Of a stretch of DNA of 64,000 nt, positions 24,936 through 37,850 are shown in pieces. Numbering within the stretch: position 1 is the stretch's first letter; each line of letters opens with the position of its first letter. Source of the stretch: Azolla caroliniana (Eukaryota; Plantae; Polypodiophyta); contig JBHGNT010000001.1 of assembly GCA_043228905.1 (NCBI GenBank), forward strand, positions 26,970,001-27,034,000, written 5' to 3'. The notes under the pieces were generated by a model. That model searched no databases. It saw only the letters and a program-made list of their open reading frames with translations, and was not told where the DNA came from. Position numbers and translations under genes: made by a program.

Positions 24936-27900
24936 ATACCATCTCCACAAATCCCTACCACACTCCTTCATTTGCTTTGAGCAACTATTGTGCTACCTTC
25001 AAACATGATCAAGGGAGGCCAACTAAAACACCATCCTAAAGTTTGTGTTGCATGAAACCCTACTCATCATCAAGCCTCTTGATGCCATGATGGAATGAAT
25101 CCTCACAGTCAATGACCCTACCCTTCATGCATGACTTGGCCAAAACATTGCATGCCTCGATGGTTTTGTAAGTCTATGCAATGCACCATATACACGAGTG
25201 TCAATCATGCCTCGACTAATCGCCCATAGTTGTCCTTCCATTTGAAATTCCAATTGACATACTAAACCACGGTGAATATAGCATGTTGGCTAGCATGACA
25301 ACCACAAAGAACCACGTTGAGGCTAACCCCTCATTGCATGACACAACCACCACATCTCATAGATATTTATTAACACACACATTCTCCATGAAACCCATTG
25401 ATTCCTATGTTATGATTTTTGTAAAACCCCTCACATTTATTGATGACATTGTCCCATCCCCCAAGTGGTCCCTACCTATCAAGTTGTCCCCTTGTTTTGA
25501 GACATTGCAACAATTTAAGTAGACATTGACAATCCCATTGTGATAGTCACTACTGTAGCAACTTATATGTGTACTTGCATAGGAGTTCTTTATAAATCAG
25601 GCCCAAAGTGTTGATTATGTGTTATTGATCCATCACATGATTCCCCATTGTGTGTCCCAATAATAAGTGACTAACACATCCTATTTGCGTATGTTCTATA
25701 GTAAAAGGTGATATTTTAGCATATGTGTACCAATGCAAAGGTAAGACCCCATAGACAAATGTGCTCAAATTAAGACCTACCTTACATGGGAATGAAGATC
25801 TCTCTGTCCAAAAGTTAAAGGTGAGGCTATACATGATTCAAAATACTAAAGTTATCGACAAGTTCCTCAAAAATCTCCCTAGTTGCATAAACCCATGCAC
25901 AAAAATTAGGATTATACAACAGGAAAGGGAAGATGTCATGTTAAATATTAGAAACAATTGAGTAACGAGTTGTCTCTCACGAAACAAGCTCCACAATAAT
26001 AATAAAAAGGTTTAACCAAGGCAATCTAATGGAGAACTCAACATGCTCTGCTAGTTGCTAGCATTTCAAGTGCGGCTACCAATAAGAGAGGTGTACAAAA
26101 TGGTGGGATACCAAAAACATGGAGCAAAAAGGGGACAACTTGACAAAACCAAAGGAGCTCATCATTGAAGAATTTGTGGTTGAATATAAAGCTATGGCAT
26201 GCATGGTGTACTACAACAAGCAAAATGAGAGCTAGAGCCTAGCATGAAGTATGGAGTAAAAATATTAGAGGCCCCTCAAGCTAATAAAGCTTTCAAAGAC
26301 ACTCTACAGAAAGTACATCAAGTATACCACCCTCTTTGATAAGAATACTTTTGTTCTCACATCGATTGTAAATTGAACAAATTGTGCCCATGGTAATGGA
26401 CATAGGGGACATGATTAATATACTAAGTTATGACTCTTGGCAATTTTGGGGAAGTCCAGAAATGAGCCCCATGGATATCAAATTGAGAATGGTTGATGAT
26501 TCAATGTATTTGAGAGAGAGAGAGCGAGAGAACACAAAGAAAGGGAAGAATCAATACATTTAGTTGAAGGGGAGGGTAAGGATATATAAAGGAAAGGGGT
26601 TATACTATTTTTCAACTTCGTTGAGATTTATTGAGGAAAACGATTAAGGACCAAATTTCTAATTCATCGAGGACTAATTAATTGAAACCATTAACTTCCT
26701 TCCTACTTAAGATCCCTCTATCCCATTAAGTATTTAAATGCGACTATTAAGTTCTCATACATAGTTGAGGGAGCAATATCTTAATAAGTAGGCTCAATGT
26801 AAGTGTTGAAATGATTTGTATAAGCCTAATTATGGTCATTCAAAGCTCGATGAAGATATTCATTCGTCTTCACTCATCTCCCATGTGATAAGGTGGATAG
26901 TGCAATGGCCCCAATTAACGATCTCGATCAAATGGAGGGTCCAACTATACAAGTAAAGCATGATTTAGATGCTTGTGAAATTTTGATTTCTCATTTTCTT
27001 TTTGTTGTTATGTTAATATATTAAAATAATGACCCTCTAATGTCTTCTCACTAGGAGACATAAAAGTGACTAAATTTTGCATGACATTAGATACTTCAGA
27101 TGTATCATGTTGGTGTATAAAGATCACATTTCATATGTGTATCAATCTATGCAATGGTAAAGCTTTTTAAACAAATATTGTGAATTATATTAGTGAAGAA
27201 ATGTTGAGTCCTCCCGTAACCTTGACATTTATGTCCTAACATGCCTTTCATAATGGGTTATTTGCTTGATTATCCAAGTGACGTTTTATTCCCTCAATTG
27301 GTTGATTGTCATGAAGTTTGAATTTATGAATCTTCCATGATGAGTTCTTACACTTGAAGTAGTATGGCTTAATGCCATGCGATTTGAATGTCAAGGGCCT
27401 TTCATTACAAGTCCTCAAAGATTTTGTTTCCCTTCTCCATATGATCTTATTTCTGAACACATAAGTACTTGTCCATTCCACTAATGACTCCCAAAAGGAA
27501 AGATATGGAAACCTTCAAGAGAAGATAATATAGAGTTTGCATGATAAAAGAAATCTCCGTCCACAATAACAAACCATTTTATCAAACACCTTTTTGAAAG
27601 TGTTAATCCATGCTGAACACATGTATTCATCCTAGGCCCAAACATGTGCATTTGCAATCAATATGCCATAACATGAGGCACATCTTTGATTCAAGCACAA
27701 TGCCTAATATGTGGATAATATCTAAGTTCATTGTTTTCTAGAGAAAAAGTTTGACGTTTTCAACTTCATCCATAATAAAACATGGTGCTTCATTACAATT
27801 GGTGATGCCTATTAGAGGCAATGCAAGTTACAATGCTTTCCATAAGTATCTACACAATCTCTACAATATTAAATGACAGCAAACTGTTTCAAGAATAAAA

Positions 27901-28199
27901 ATGCTCAATGTTACATAAATTTGGGAATGGCCATTACAAATCCCTCCTTGTTACAAGTTTTTTTTATTTCATAAGGCTTTGTCATAAGGAAAACACATTG
28001 TTCAAATAGATCCCAAAGGGATGATAATGGTCCTCAATGGGGGGGCAGAGAAAATGTGAGGCGTGTGGGATCAAATAAATATACTAATCAAGCTAGCCAA
28101 AAAATTTGAAGCAAATGCATTAAGCTAAGCCAAAGGTTTCACATGTAAACAAACAAATACCGACCTCATATCTATCGGGGAATAATCATCGGTAGTTAG

Positions 28200-29984
28200 T
28201 TACCGCATACTCTTGAACTCGTTGTGGCTCCGGCGACTTTTCCATATCTTTCGGCCCACAAAGAATGCAACAATGGCTACTAGAATGACTACAATGCTCA
28301 CTCCCGCCGCAACCCCTTTGGATACGCCACCACTTCGGCCCGAGCTCGAGCCCACCCCGTCTTGTGATGGAGCAGGGGCAGGTGATTCCAAGAAATCGCC
28401 CACTGCTGGAGCACAATCTGCTATCCCTTTCAAGAGCTTGGACTTGATCGCACTATGATTGTAACACAATCCCACGTTGTTGTTGAGGTTCAACACTTTC
28501 AATTGCTTTATGAACGTGTCGTTGAACGGAACCTCGCCCGTGAATGAATTCTGGCTCAGATCTAGATATTTGAGAGCTTTGAGATGGGTAATGTTGGAAG
28601 GGATGGTTCCATTGAGGTGGTTATTGCTTAGATCTAGGTGAGAGCAGTTATATAACATGGCTACCGAGCCCGGGATGGGTCCTGAGAGCTGGTTTCCATG
28701 CAAATCGATGTATTGCATGCCATTGAGGCTATCAAAGACATTGGGGATGACACCTTTGAGCTGATTATTGCTAAAATCAAGGTATTTAAGCTGAGCCAAG
28801 TTGCGAAGAGTGGAAGGGATCGTGCCTCGGATGGAATTGCTGGAGACGTCGATGTATTGCACATCAGAGGGCCACGTGTTGCGAGGGAGAATGCCGACCA
28901 CGCTCGCCTTCGAGATGGTCATGTTGGTGAGATAGCTCAAGCTCTGGGTGATTGGATAGAGCCCTTTCCCGCTAATCTCGACCTCGGAGATGACAAGATG
29001 GGTCAAGTGCGTGAATTGTTTGATCCATGTGTCGGGGAGCCTCGCGGCTTTCTCGTTGGTCCCGGTCCTCCCTAAGCTCTCGATGATGAAGAGGGTGTCG
29101 AGTGTTTTGATGAGGGAGGGAGGGAATTTGACGGGGGTCATGGGGCAGTCGATGAATTCGAGCGACATGAGGCCAGTGAGGTTCTTCAATGCCGGGACAG
29201 ATAAGGTCGCGGATTTCGGGCACTTCTGCAAGCTTAGGGCAATGAGCTTGCTCGGGCGGTCGGAGTTGCATAGCAAGATGTCGCCCGGGGTTTGGCAGGG
29301 GGCGGATTTGGTGAAGTTAACATCGAGGGCTTCTAAGGCGGCAACTTGGCTGGGGTCGAGATCTCCCTCGGCTCCCGATTCGGGACCGGGGGCTGCGGGC
29401 GGGGGCGGGGGCGGGGGAGGAGAACGATGCTTCTTTGACGTGCTTGATGATGGGGCGGCAGCGGGGCCCGGTGCAATGGGCCCTGGGGCGGCTTTGGGCG
29501 CGTGCGACCCGGGGCTCGGGGCAGTTCTCGGGGCGTGCGGGAGTGAGTTCTCGGGGCCTGGCGCCTGTGAGACAGAGGGGGTATGAGCAGCTTTGGTGGG
29601 AGCATGTGAAGGGGGGCTAACAATAGGCCCAGCATTGTGAGGCGTAGGGGCGGCTTTTGGAGAGGCTGCTGCTGGGGAGGTTTTCGGTGCTGGGCCGGCG
29701 GTTTTGGGAGCAGGGGCAGAAGGCGATTCTGGAGCAGCGGCAGAAGGCGGCTCTGAAGCAGGGGCCGAAGGCGGTTTTGGAGCAGGGGCTGTAGGCGGTT
29801 TTGGAGCAGGGGCTGTTGGCGGTTTTGGAGCAGGGGCTGTTGGCGGTTTCGGCACAGGGGCGGCGGTTTTGGGAGCAGGGGCAGAAACAGGGGAAGGGGT
29901 AGTGGAAGTGTTGAGGGAGAGAGAAGAGGTAAGAAGAAGGGAGAGGAAGAAGAGGAAGGCGAAGAAATTGTGAAGGATAGACAT
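28200..29984 (-). CDS. Intronless LRR receptor-like protein of the RLP51(SNC2)/RLP55 type with an N-terminal arabinogalactan/extensin-like Pro/Ala-rich domain
   Basis: Signal peptide; APAPKPPT repeats and an SPPPPPPP motif; LDPSQVAALEAL..PC..C cap; plant LxxLDLSxNxLxGxIP LRRs; NVGLCYNHS..KSKL.KGIADC C-cap; TM with GVAAG; short basic tail and no kinase. Confidence 0.88.
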   Translation of the reverse strand: MSILHNFFAFLFFLSLLLTSSLSLNTSTTPSPVSAPAPKTAAPVPKPPTAPAPKPPTAPAPKPPTAPAPKPPSAPASEPPSAAAPESPSAPAPKTAGPAPKTSPAAASPKAAPTPHNAGPIVSPPSHAPTKAAHTPSVSQAPGPENSLPHAPRTAPSPGSHAPKAAPGPIAPGPAAAPSSSTSKKHRSPPPPPPPPAAPGPESGAEGDLDPSQVAALEALDVNFTKSAPCQTPGDILLCNSDRPSKLIALSLQKCPKSATLSVPALKNLTGLMSLEFIDCPMTPVKFPPSLIKTLDTLFIIESLGRTGTNEKAARLPDTWIKQFTHLTHLVISEVEISGKGLYPITQSLSYLTNMTISKASVVGILPRNTWPSDVQYIDVSSNSIRGTIPSTLRNLAQLKYLDFSNNQLKGVIPNVFDSLNGMQYIDLHGNQLSGPIPGSVAMLYNCSHLDLSNNHLNGTIPSNITHLKALKYLDLSQNSFTGEVPFNDTFIKQLKVLNLNNNVGLCYNHSAIKSKLLKGIADCAPAVGDFLESPAPAPSQDGVGSSSGRSGGVSKGVAAGVSIVVILVAIVAFFVGRKIWKSRRSHNEFKSMR

Positions 29985-30019
29985 ATCGGCTATGGCGGAG
30001 TGACCGTCTTATGAGATAT

Positions 30020-30157
30020 GAGAGAGAGAGAGAGAGAGAGGAGTTAGGCACTCATAGATCTAGGATCACTTGAGAGAGAGACAGAGAGAGAGTGTGTGTG
30101 TGTGTGTTACTTGAGAGAGAGGGAGAGAGATTGTGTGTGTGTGTGTGTGTGTTACTC

Positions 30158-30190
<33 letters not shown>

Positions 30191-30274
30191 TCTGCACACT
30201 GCAGAGCTCTTCTCCTCTGCTATGGTGCAGAGAGAGACAGAGAGTGAGTGAGTGAGTGAGAGAAAGAGTATATG

Positions 30275-30310
<36 letters not shown>
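30020..30310. repeat. Compound (GA)n/(GT)n microsatellites in the RLP 5' leader/promoter
   Basis: Alternating GA and GT tracts. Confidence 0.9.
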
Positions 30311-30382
30311 ACCTCACATTACGAAAAATGAACGGAACAGCGAGAGAGAAGAGTGGGGGGGGGGTGATGGAGTGAGTCAGAC

Positions 30383-30642
30383 GCCACGTCAGATGCGCGA
30401 CCAGAGAGGGCTGTTTTATCTTGCTGAGCTGGCCCCCTCCCCGTCTCGACCCTCTCTGACTTATAGAGAGAAAAAGGGCCACGTCACGTCCTGATCTGCT
30501 GACCTGGCACAGATCAGGAGAGAACGGCATAGAACCCGGCGTGCCACGTCGGATGGTGACGGTGCGTGGTGGTACTTTACTAAGGTGTGGCCACCGACAA
30601 CGGCAGCTTCCTGCCATTTGCCAGCTGTGAAGTGCCACGTGG
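30383..30642 (-). promoter_or_regulatory. Cluster of four ABRE/G-box-type ACGTGGC elements upstream of the RLP
   Basis: gccacgt on the + strand at 30383, 30478, 30543 and 30634. Confidence 0.6.
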
Positions 30643-32408
30643 AATGACCTGCTGAGCTGGCGGCAGGGAAATCGGAACTTTGTTTTTGGGTTCTTACGAA
30701 AAACAAAAAGTCCATTCGTTTAATTATTGTTTTAAGCCCTAGTTAATTTTGCGCTTTATTTTTTCTGAGAGCTTTTACATTGTGGCTTTAAGGTTGGGTT
30801 CACACGAGGGAGATGGGGGAGAGAGATAGATAGATGGATTCTATTATCATCTTCCGACACTCACGGAAAGGTCGGCGGAAAGTAAAAACAACCAACACTC
30901 TCATTGAGCGGAATGGGCTAGGTGGCCATTTTCACACCTGAGGGTTTTACTTTTGGACACTATATCTATGAACGAAGACCCTCTCAATCATATCACGCCC
31001 TTACTACCATTGTTGGGGCTTCAAAAAATCACCTCATTAGGTATCCATTTATGCATTGCATTATTTGCGTTATTTCGACACTCCTAGGCAGACAAGAATC
31101 CAGAGACCTCATGTAGTTTCCAAGAAGAGCCTAGCTTTGTAAAGTTATTTTGGAATAAACAAAATTAGATGTGTTATCCTAGTAAAGTAAAGATTTGGGT
31201 TTTCTAATAAACTTTGTAGACATGCTCCTTAAGTTAAAAATAATTAGACAATTTGAGTGTGATGTTTTGCTTACAAAACAACAAGGTACGTTCGTCTTCG
31301 TCTATTTGAGCATTCCTACATTATCATCGCCATGCAGATAACCACATAAACTTATTTATTGTTCATTAACTTATTTATTATTAATCATTAACTTGTTTAC
31401 GACTAGTTTTCTCTTGTTTCTACTATCTTCTAATTACATCAACCAATAGGAGATAATCCACCGGTAATGTTTAATGCATGTAGTGGCCCTTCTTTCTACA
31501 TTTGGTCATCATTCTATTTGCAAAACCATCCTGAATTAAAATGTTCTAGAAGGATAACCGCAACGCACAAACTCACACAATTCACGGTCCCATTGCTTGC
31601 TCTTTACCACACCATACCCACTTTCGAAATGAAAAGAGAAAAAAAACACCTCGTTCAGATTCCATTGTTCGCCTTTCATTTTCGCTTTGTTTTACTTCTT
31701 GATTTAAAGTTGATGCCCTGTCATGTCATTATCAAATTCCATTCCTCGTGCCCAAAAAGTTGTTTCCAAGTCTACAAATATTGTTTGTTGGTTAACATCA
31801 TATGGTGTCACCCACCCTAGAATTTGAAAACCCGTCATGTTTATAATGAATCTTAAAAGTCTACAAAATATCGTTCGTTGGTTAACATCACTTGGTGTCC
31901 CCTACCTTAGAAGTTGCACACACCCCCATCATTTTTATAATGAACCTTATTTTTGTGCTTGAGTTACCCACATTTCATTTCATCAGAAAATGGCTAGAAT
32001 TCACTTTCTATTCAACATAACTCTCTTGCTATAACATGCAATTTGTAGAATCGGATACGTGATCCACACGAGTTCACAAGTTACAACAATAACATAAGTA
32101 CATAACAATCTTGCAAAAACGTGCAATAACATAAGTTGGATTTGAACTAAGAAAATGTGAGCTTAGGTGTGAATACTTAAGTGTATGTAATTGTGATAAT
32201 AGTATAGAGAGCATCCTCGGGAAAAGTTTGATTACACAATGCTTATGTAAACAAACAAGGGGAAAACCAACCATCAAAGAGTATTTAAATGGGAACTCAT
32301 CGTGCACTATTTTGCCTTCGAGTAGTTAGTCCCCTAGGGGAGCTTCTATCATTGGCCTTTACGTGATTAACTACAAGAATGCCCAATTAATCACATCCAT
32401 TCCCTTTT

Positions 32409-32447
<39 letters not shown>

Positions 32448-32599
32448 TTATAACAACTGGAGACCAATTACGATCTATGAGATGGGCCTATCCAATGATA
32501 AGTATTGGACTTGGGTCCTTGCAACTTCATGACATTGAGAGAGAGAGAGAGTCTAAAGATTCAACATTTTGTATTTTCGTAACAATTAGTAAGGAAATA

Positions 32600-33400
32600 G
32601 CAAGACACATTACATTTTTTTGAGTGGGCACCATCAAGTAATCAAGAATTTTGTAATTCATTCAAAATGAATTGATTGTTTCTTCTCGATTGTTGCTTTG
32701 GCATGAAAAAGATAATCTTAGATATCAATTTAATCATTTATTTCAATTTGGGGTTGTCGACTTGGGAGATTTGGTTGATAATGAATCTCAAAGGTTTTTA
32801 GGATCTGAAGATGCTAAACAATGGTCATGTATCCCCCCCAAATTATGGATTTCTTTGGGAGAAATTACAAGATATACATTGTTGCATGGATCTTTGCCAA
32901 TGAAAACAAATGGTGTGGATTGGGTGGATTTGTGGTTAAAGGATGGTACACGTTTGTTACAATTCACTACAAATACCTTGTATCATCATGCAATGACATC
33001 ATTATCTTGGCCATCACCTAAAGCAAAAAAGATGTGGAATGTGTGTGTGTCAAATGCAAGGTGGTGGCAAATATTGCAATATGGTGGCATTCCATTTGCC
33101 ATTTCGTGCAAAGGTATTCATATGGAGAGTCATAATTGGTGGGCTACCATAATTAGGTTTAGCCTTAAAAGTGATGAGGCCTAGGGTCAACCTTTGAGTA
33201 TGAGCTTCTTTTGCACCATTCCATTCGAGGACAATACACAAAGGTCAATAAAATGTCTTGTTGCATATATAATTTGGAAGTACTTGTTAAGGACAGAAGA
33301 AAAACAGAACTACAAGGACACGATTGGCAAGCACAAAAAGAAAATAACATTAATTGGTGTTGTTCACCTTGAATTCATTCAAGGTGAACTCAACTATTTA
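32600..33400 (+). mobile_element. Degenerate L1-type LINE 3' fragment (zf-RVT-like region)
   Basis: Frameshifted ...IWHSICHFRAKVFIWRVIIGGLP...FFCTIPFEDNT..IKCLVAYIIWK resembles the zf-RVT pattern. Confidence 0.55.
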
Positions 33401-33410
33401 TACTAAACGG

Positions 33411-35034
33411 TGTCTCGGTAATTCGCGTGTACGTGTCGGCTTGGGCGGGACCACGGGAGTCTCGGACTAGGGAGACGGATGGTGGAGGTCTTACGCTCTA
33501 CGGGCTTTGTCCCGTCGGCTTTCCACTTGTGTCGGCTTCGACCGATTGGTTTTCTATCCGTGTCGGGTTTTGGCTGGATCCAATCGACGAAGGTAGGGTT
33601 CCTGACCGACGAAGATTCCGGGTTCGACAAGACGATTAACCGTGATTACTCAAATAGGTTAAAATGGAAGAGGAATGTACACAAACATATATATATTACA
33701 AATGTTTTTACAACAAGACGGATTACATGCCACGAATCCGGTGGATATCACAAAAAATCGGCTAAATACAAGTTAAGGAATGGGACCTGCGAAGGCGAGT
33801 CAAGTGGGCCACCAAGACCACAATGTCCACCCTTGGTCACGTCCCAAAGATGGTGGAGTGTTCTCGTGCCACTTCGCTCTCCCTTCTCGAACCGGCCGCC
33901 ACACGAAATGCTCTCCATTGAGGAGAGGAAGTCGAACCACCAAGTGCCACCACCGGAATGCCAAAGAGACCGCCATTGTAGAAACCCCAACTCCAAACCG
34001 AACTCTCACACAAGAAAATAAGCGAGTAACACACAAACCCTAACTCACACGATGAAACCAAGATCCAACATTGAAAGTAGGTAGAAGAAACCTAAACGAC
34101 CACATGAGGAAACCCTAAATCTTCCAATCGTGGAAAAAAGTTGGCAGAGTAGCATGAAGAACCAAAACCCTAACCAAGAAGAGAGATAAGAACTGAGAGA
34201 AACCCTAAACCTCCACTCAAAGAAGAACACCCAAGAAGAAGAAGAAGAAGAAGAAGAAGAAGAAGGAAACTACCAAACCCTAGAGAATGGGAAGGAGGAA
34301 AAGAAAAACCTAGATCTAAGCGGTACACCCTCCTAACTCAAAATGGGTGACCCCTTTCTTGTGAGCATCCCTCCCCTTTTATAGCCCAAGAGGATAGGTG
34401 CCCCTTGCAATTTGTTTTCCCTCTTTCTTATTTCTATACACATTTTCAAATGTCCATGTGCAAGTTGTTGGACATCCCCATTTTATTCGCCATACACGAT
34501 TTTCTTGCTATTACCGGAAATCTCCACGACATCCACCCCCACCAAACCGCACATCCTCCGGTATGTGCCAAGAAAGGGTAACAGGTGAGATTTCGGCAAC
34601 GATGATCAATCGGCTTCCTCCACGCCCTCGTTGGCCCGTCCATCTTCATCCTCCATGCATGTCTCCATACGTCCCTACCACCCTGACCACATCGGCCTCT
34701 TTCCGAATCGGTCGACTGATCGGTTTCAGTCGAGTTGTCTTTCTTCCGATTGAATTGGTTCCCGTCTCTTCATTTCTTGCCGCTTCCCGCCTCTCCATCG
34801 AAATCTACTGCAACTTTGTCCTTGGTCTCCTTGTCGGCCACCTTGCGTCCATATGCATCAGTTTCGACCCTCATCTCCTCATCGCCACCTTCCATTTCTC
34901 CCGTCTCATGTTGGCTCTCGGGCACAACTACCAAAGTCTCCGGAACTAGTGTGGAGGGATCCCTTCGTTCGCAGTCATCTACATTGTCGTCCTCGTCATT
35001 GTCTCAGTCTCGCCCGTCTTCATTCTCCATTACA
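33411..35034 (-). mobile_element. Probable long (~1.6 kb) solo or truncated LTR
   Basis: TGT...ACA ends on the minus strand; ctataaaagggg TATA at ~34375-34385 followed by a CT/TAGGGTTT-rich R-like region; CpG-rich against AT-rich flanks; TSD not convincing (aacgg vs aacat). Confidence 0.5.
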
Positions 35035-35039
35035 AACAT

Positions 35040-35245
35040 GTCCCTTTATCCGATTGTCATCGCCATTCGATCCATCAATCTACCAAACCATTTTTCTATA
35101 TCTTGCATCCAACTGGAACACAAAATTTTGCTTTTATGCGTCTTTTGGATATTTTTGCTTGCTTCCCATGCAATTCTAGGAAGTTTATGTGATGGACTTT
35201 TTTGAACCTTATGCATGTATTCAACAACCCTTTCCATGGCCATGA
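35040..35245 (-). mobile_element. LINE ORF2 post-RT fragment (RTE-like)
   Basis: MAMERVVEYMHKVQKSPSHKLPRIAWEAS...WMQDIEKWF resembles the LP+...W region after a non-LTR RT. Confidence 0.45.
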
Positions 35246-37269
35246 TCTCAATGGGAAGCGATCCTGTCTCAAGGAGGAGGGTGTAGAGAGAGAGAGAAGT
35301 AACAATTACCTAAACTTTATCACGGAAATCATAATTGAGTTGTCTTCCAAGCCCTAGATTATCTCCTATTTTGATTAGAGTAGGAGGGTTCACATTGATT
35401 CGACCAATTGGCCTTTCTATCAATGGTGTGTTGATTACAATGAAGGATTATTGAGCACATTTCGAATTTCAGTTTTAACCTACATTAAAAAAACAATAAT
35501 TACATGAGAAAAAATGGAAATATTAGAGTACCCAGTAGAGTACCCATTAGAGTACCGTTATATGTAACCTTTATCAAAATTCTTACGCTTTGTTATATAA
35601 ATGTTTGTATAATTTCAAAAGTTAAGTATACCTTAGTTCAAGTTTGACATGCTTACCTACTATACACATTTGCTATTATTAACAACATGGTTGGGATCAT
35701 AAATGTTGTATATGCATGCACTATTAAAACACCAAAATTTACATCATAAATAACATTGTTACAATGCAATTAACACTATTGTTGCATCATTAACACATAA
35801 GATGCATTCACGTCAAGTAAGATAATGTAAATGTCACAAGCATCTTCGATAATTCACTTATTTGAGAAATTATCAAAGAAAATGATTGCCTTACATTTAT
35901 TATTTAACCTCAAGTCCTACTAGATTATTCACTTTGAGCAACGACGACCAATAGAATGAAACTACACTCAAATGGATAAGGTGGTATGCTCAATCAGGCC
36001 GATGTTGCATCCACGTAGAAATGGATCCCATATTTCCATCCATGTTTGGGCTAGACATTATCCAAGAGCAACTTGCAAACATGTGCTACTCATCACAACC
36101 TTTATGATAAATTAGCTTGAGGAACTTATGACAAACATTGGTGGAACATGAAATGCAAGGGAATAGGACAATGAGGAATTGTAAGCATGAACTTTGTAAA
36201 CTCCACACACACTGCATATATATATATATACTACAAGCAAAGAGTTGCATGCTTTCTTACATTCCACAATAAGTTCTTCTTTTCGCAATTGCCATGAAAT
36301 ACAATCTGAGGCTATTGGTACCTTGACAAAAATCGAGTATGTTGATAATCTAACTTCGAAAGACACACAACAACAGTGTGAGGTTGAACAAAACATGACC
36401 TTTTATTTACTATTGTTGATACAACCACAACTTGATCTACTACCAATGGAGAAAACTATTCTTGATAAAGAAAAGAACTAAGCACTAAGAGACAACTGAA
36501 AGGGACTCATGATGGGGTGAGGCCATGGCCATCATTGATGTTAGAGTGGAAGCTTGAAGGGGAAGTTCAAAATGTCCATTGTGTTGGATTCATACAAGAT
36601 CTTAAGTGACCCCACTCAAACTTGATGCCAAGTAGTAGGAATAGTCAATCCAAGTAACTCAAATTTGTATTTCCTTCAACTATAGCGAGATTGTTACCTT
36701 GGAGAATGCATACTTCAAATCTGTCGTATGCAATTGTTGTTGGCAATAGTAGTTCAATGTGAACTTTGATTTGGCACAAACTAAAATTGATGAAAGCTTG
36801 GTGGATCATTTGGTTCAATATGAGATGAAGAGTAAGACCAATATCCAAATTTGGGAGAATCAATTGGTCTCTGAGAGGATGGCATAAGTTTGGTAGTTTT
36901 TATCACGAGGACAATACCCCTTTGACATTACATGGGAATTTCCAAATTGGTGAAATTAGGAGTCACATTAGTGTGACAATATATTTGCAATCAACCTTCA
37001 AAATATGATGGATGATCACGATATCGACCACGTAAGTGCGAAATATCCCACATTCCTTCAAAGAGATGTGGATGGGGAAACATCAATAATCAAATAAGGA
37101 TTCCACATTCTTTGATAGATGGGATAGAGAGAAAAGTAGAAAATAAGCCAAAAGGTTGCCACATTCTTCGTATGGGGTTTGCTAAGGGGGCTTTTGCGGA
37201 TTACAACTAGTGGAGGAAGCTCAGATGTTAGATCCATAGGCCTCACAAAAGTGTGGATGAGTTCAAAGA

Positions 37270-37560
37270 CACTTGGTTCTTAGATAGTGGATCAAACCAT
37301 GACACGAGGAGTGGAATGTAACTAGTTTTGGAACCTAAGGGGCATTGAATATGTGTTTGTCACGACAAGGAATAAGAAAAGAATGTATTGTCCAAAGGAA
37401 GCATATAAGTACATAGGAGGAGGATGTAAGGTGAAGGGATGAAGTGCTTATGGAGAATGTTGCTTTGGTTCGACGAATCTACGATCGAAGTGTTTAAGGT
37501 TAACAGACGATGGTGCAGAGGTAATGTATGACAACCAACCCTATGTAGGTAGTCGAACTT
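37270..37560 (+). mobile_element. Degenerate copia protease remnant
   Basis: TWFLDSGS.NH resembles the WxLDSGASxHMT motif; frameshifted. Confidence 0.5.
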
Positions 37561-37650
37561 GTTGGGAGCGAAGAGGAAATTTGCCCTGAGTTGAGTGCAC
37601 TAGTCACGAAGGGGCACACGAGTGTAGTAGATGCAACGCTCTGGGCACCC

Positions 37651-37753
37651 TATGTATGTATGTATATATGCATGCATGCATGTATGTTATGTGTGTGTGT
37701 GTGTGTGTGTATGTATATATGTATGTATGTATGTAATGTACATATGTATGTAC

Positions 37754-37784
<31 letters not shown>

Positions 37785-37790
37785 TTGTAT
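37651..37790. repeat. Compound (TATG)n/(TG)n microsatellite just upstream of the TPR gene
   Basis: Seen directly in the sequence. Confidence 0.9.
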
Positions 37791-37850
37791 ATAGGGATCA
37801 GCCGAGAGAGGGAGGAAGAAAAGAATCGACCCCTGTTTGTTGTGTCACTC

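Noticed and set aside
28213-29973. Several overlapping or antisense ORFs in the RLP locus
   Set aside because: Shadow ORFs of a GC-rich coding sequence
33403-35205. ORFs of 150-180 aa in the CpG-rich block
   Set aside because: No domain similarity; the block has LTR-like architecture
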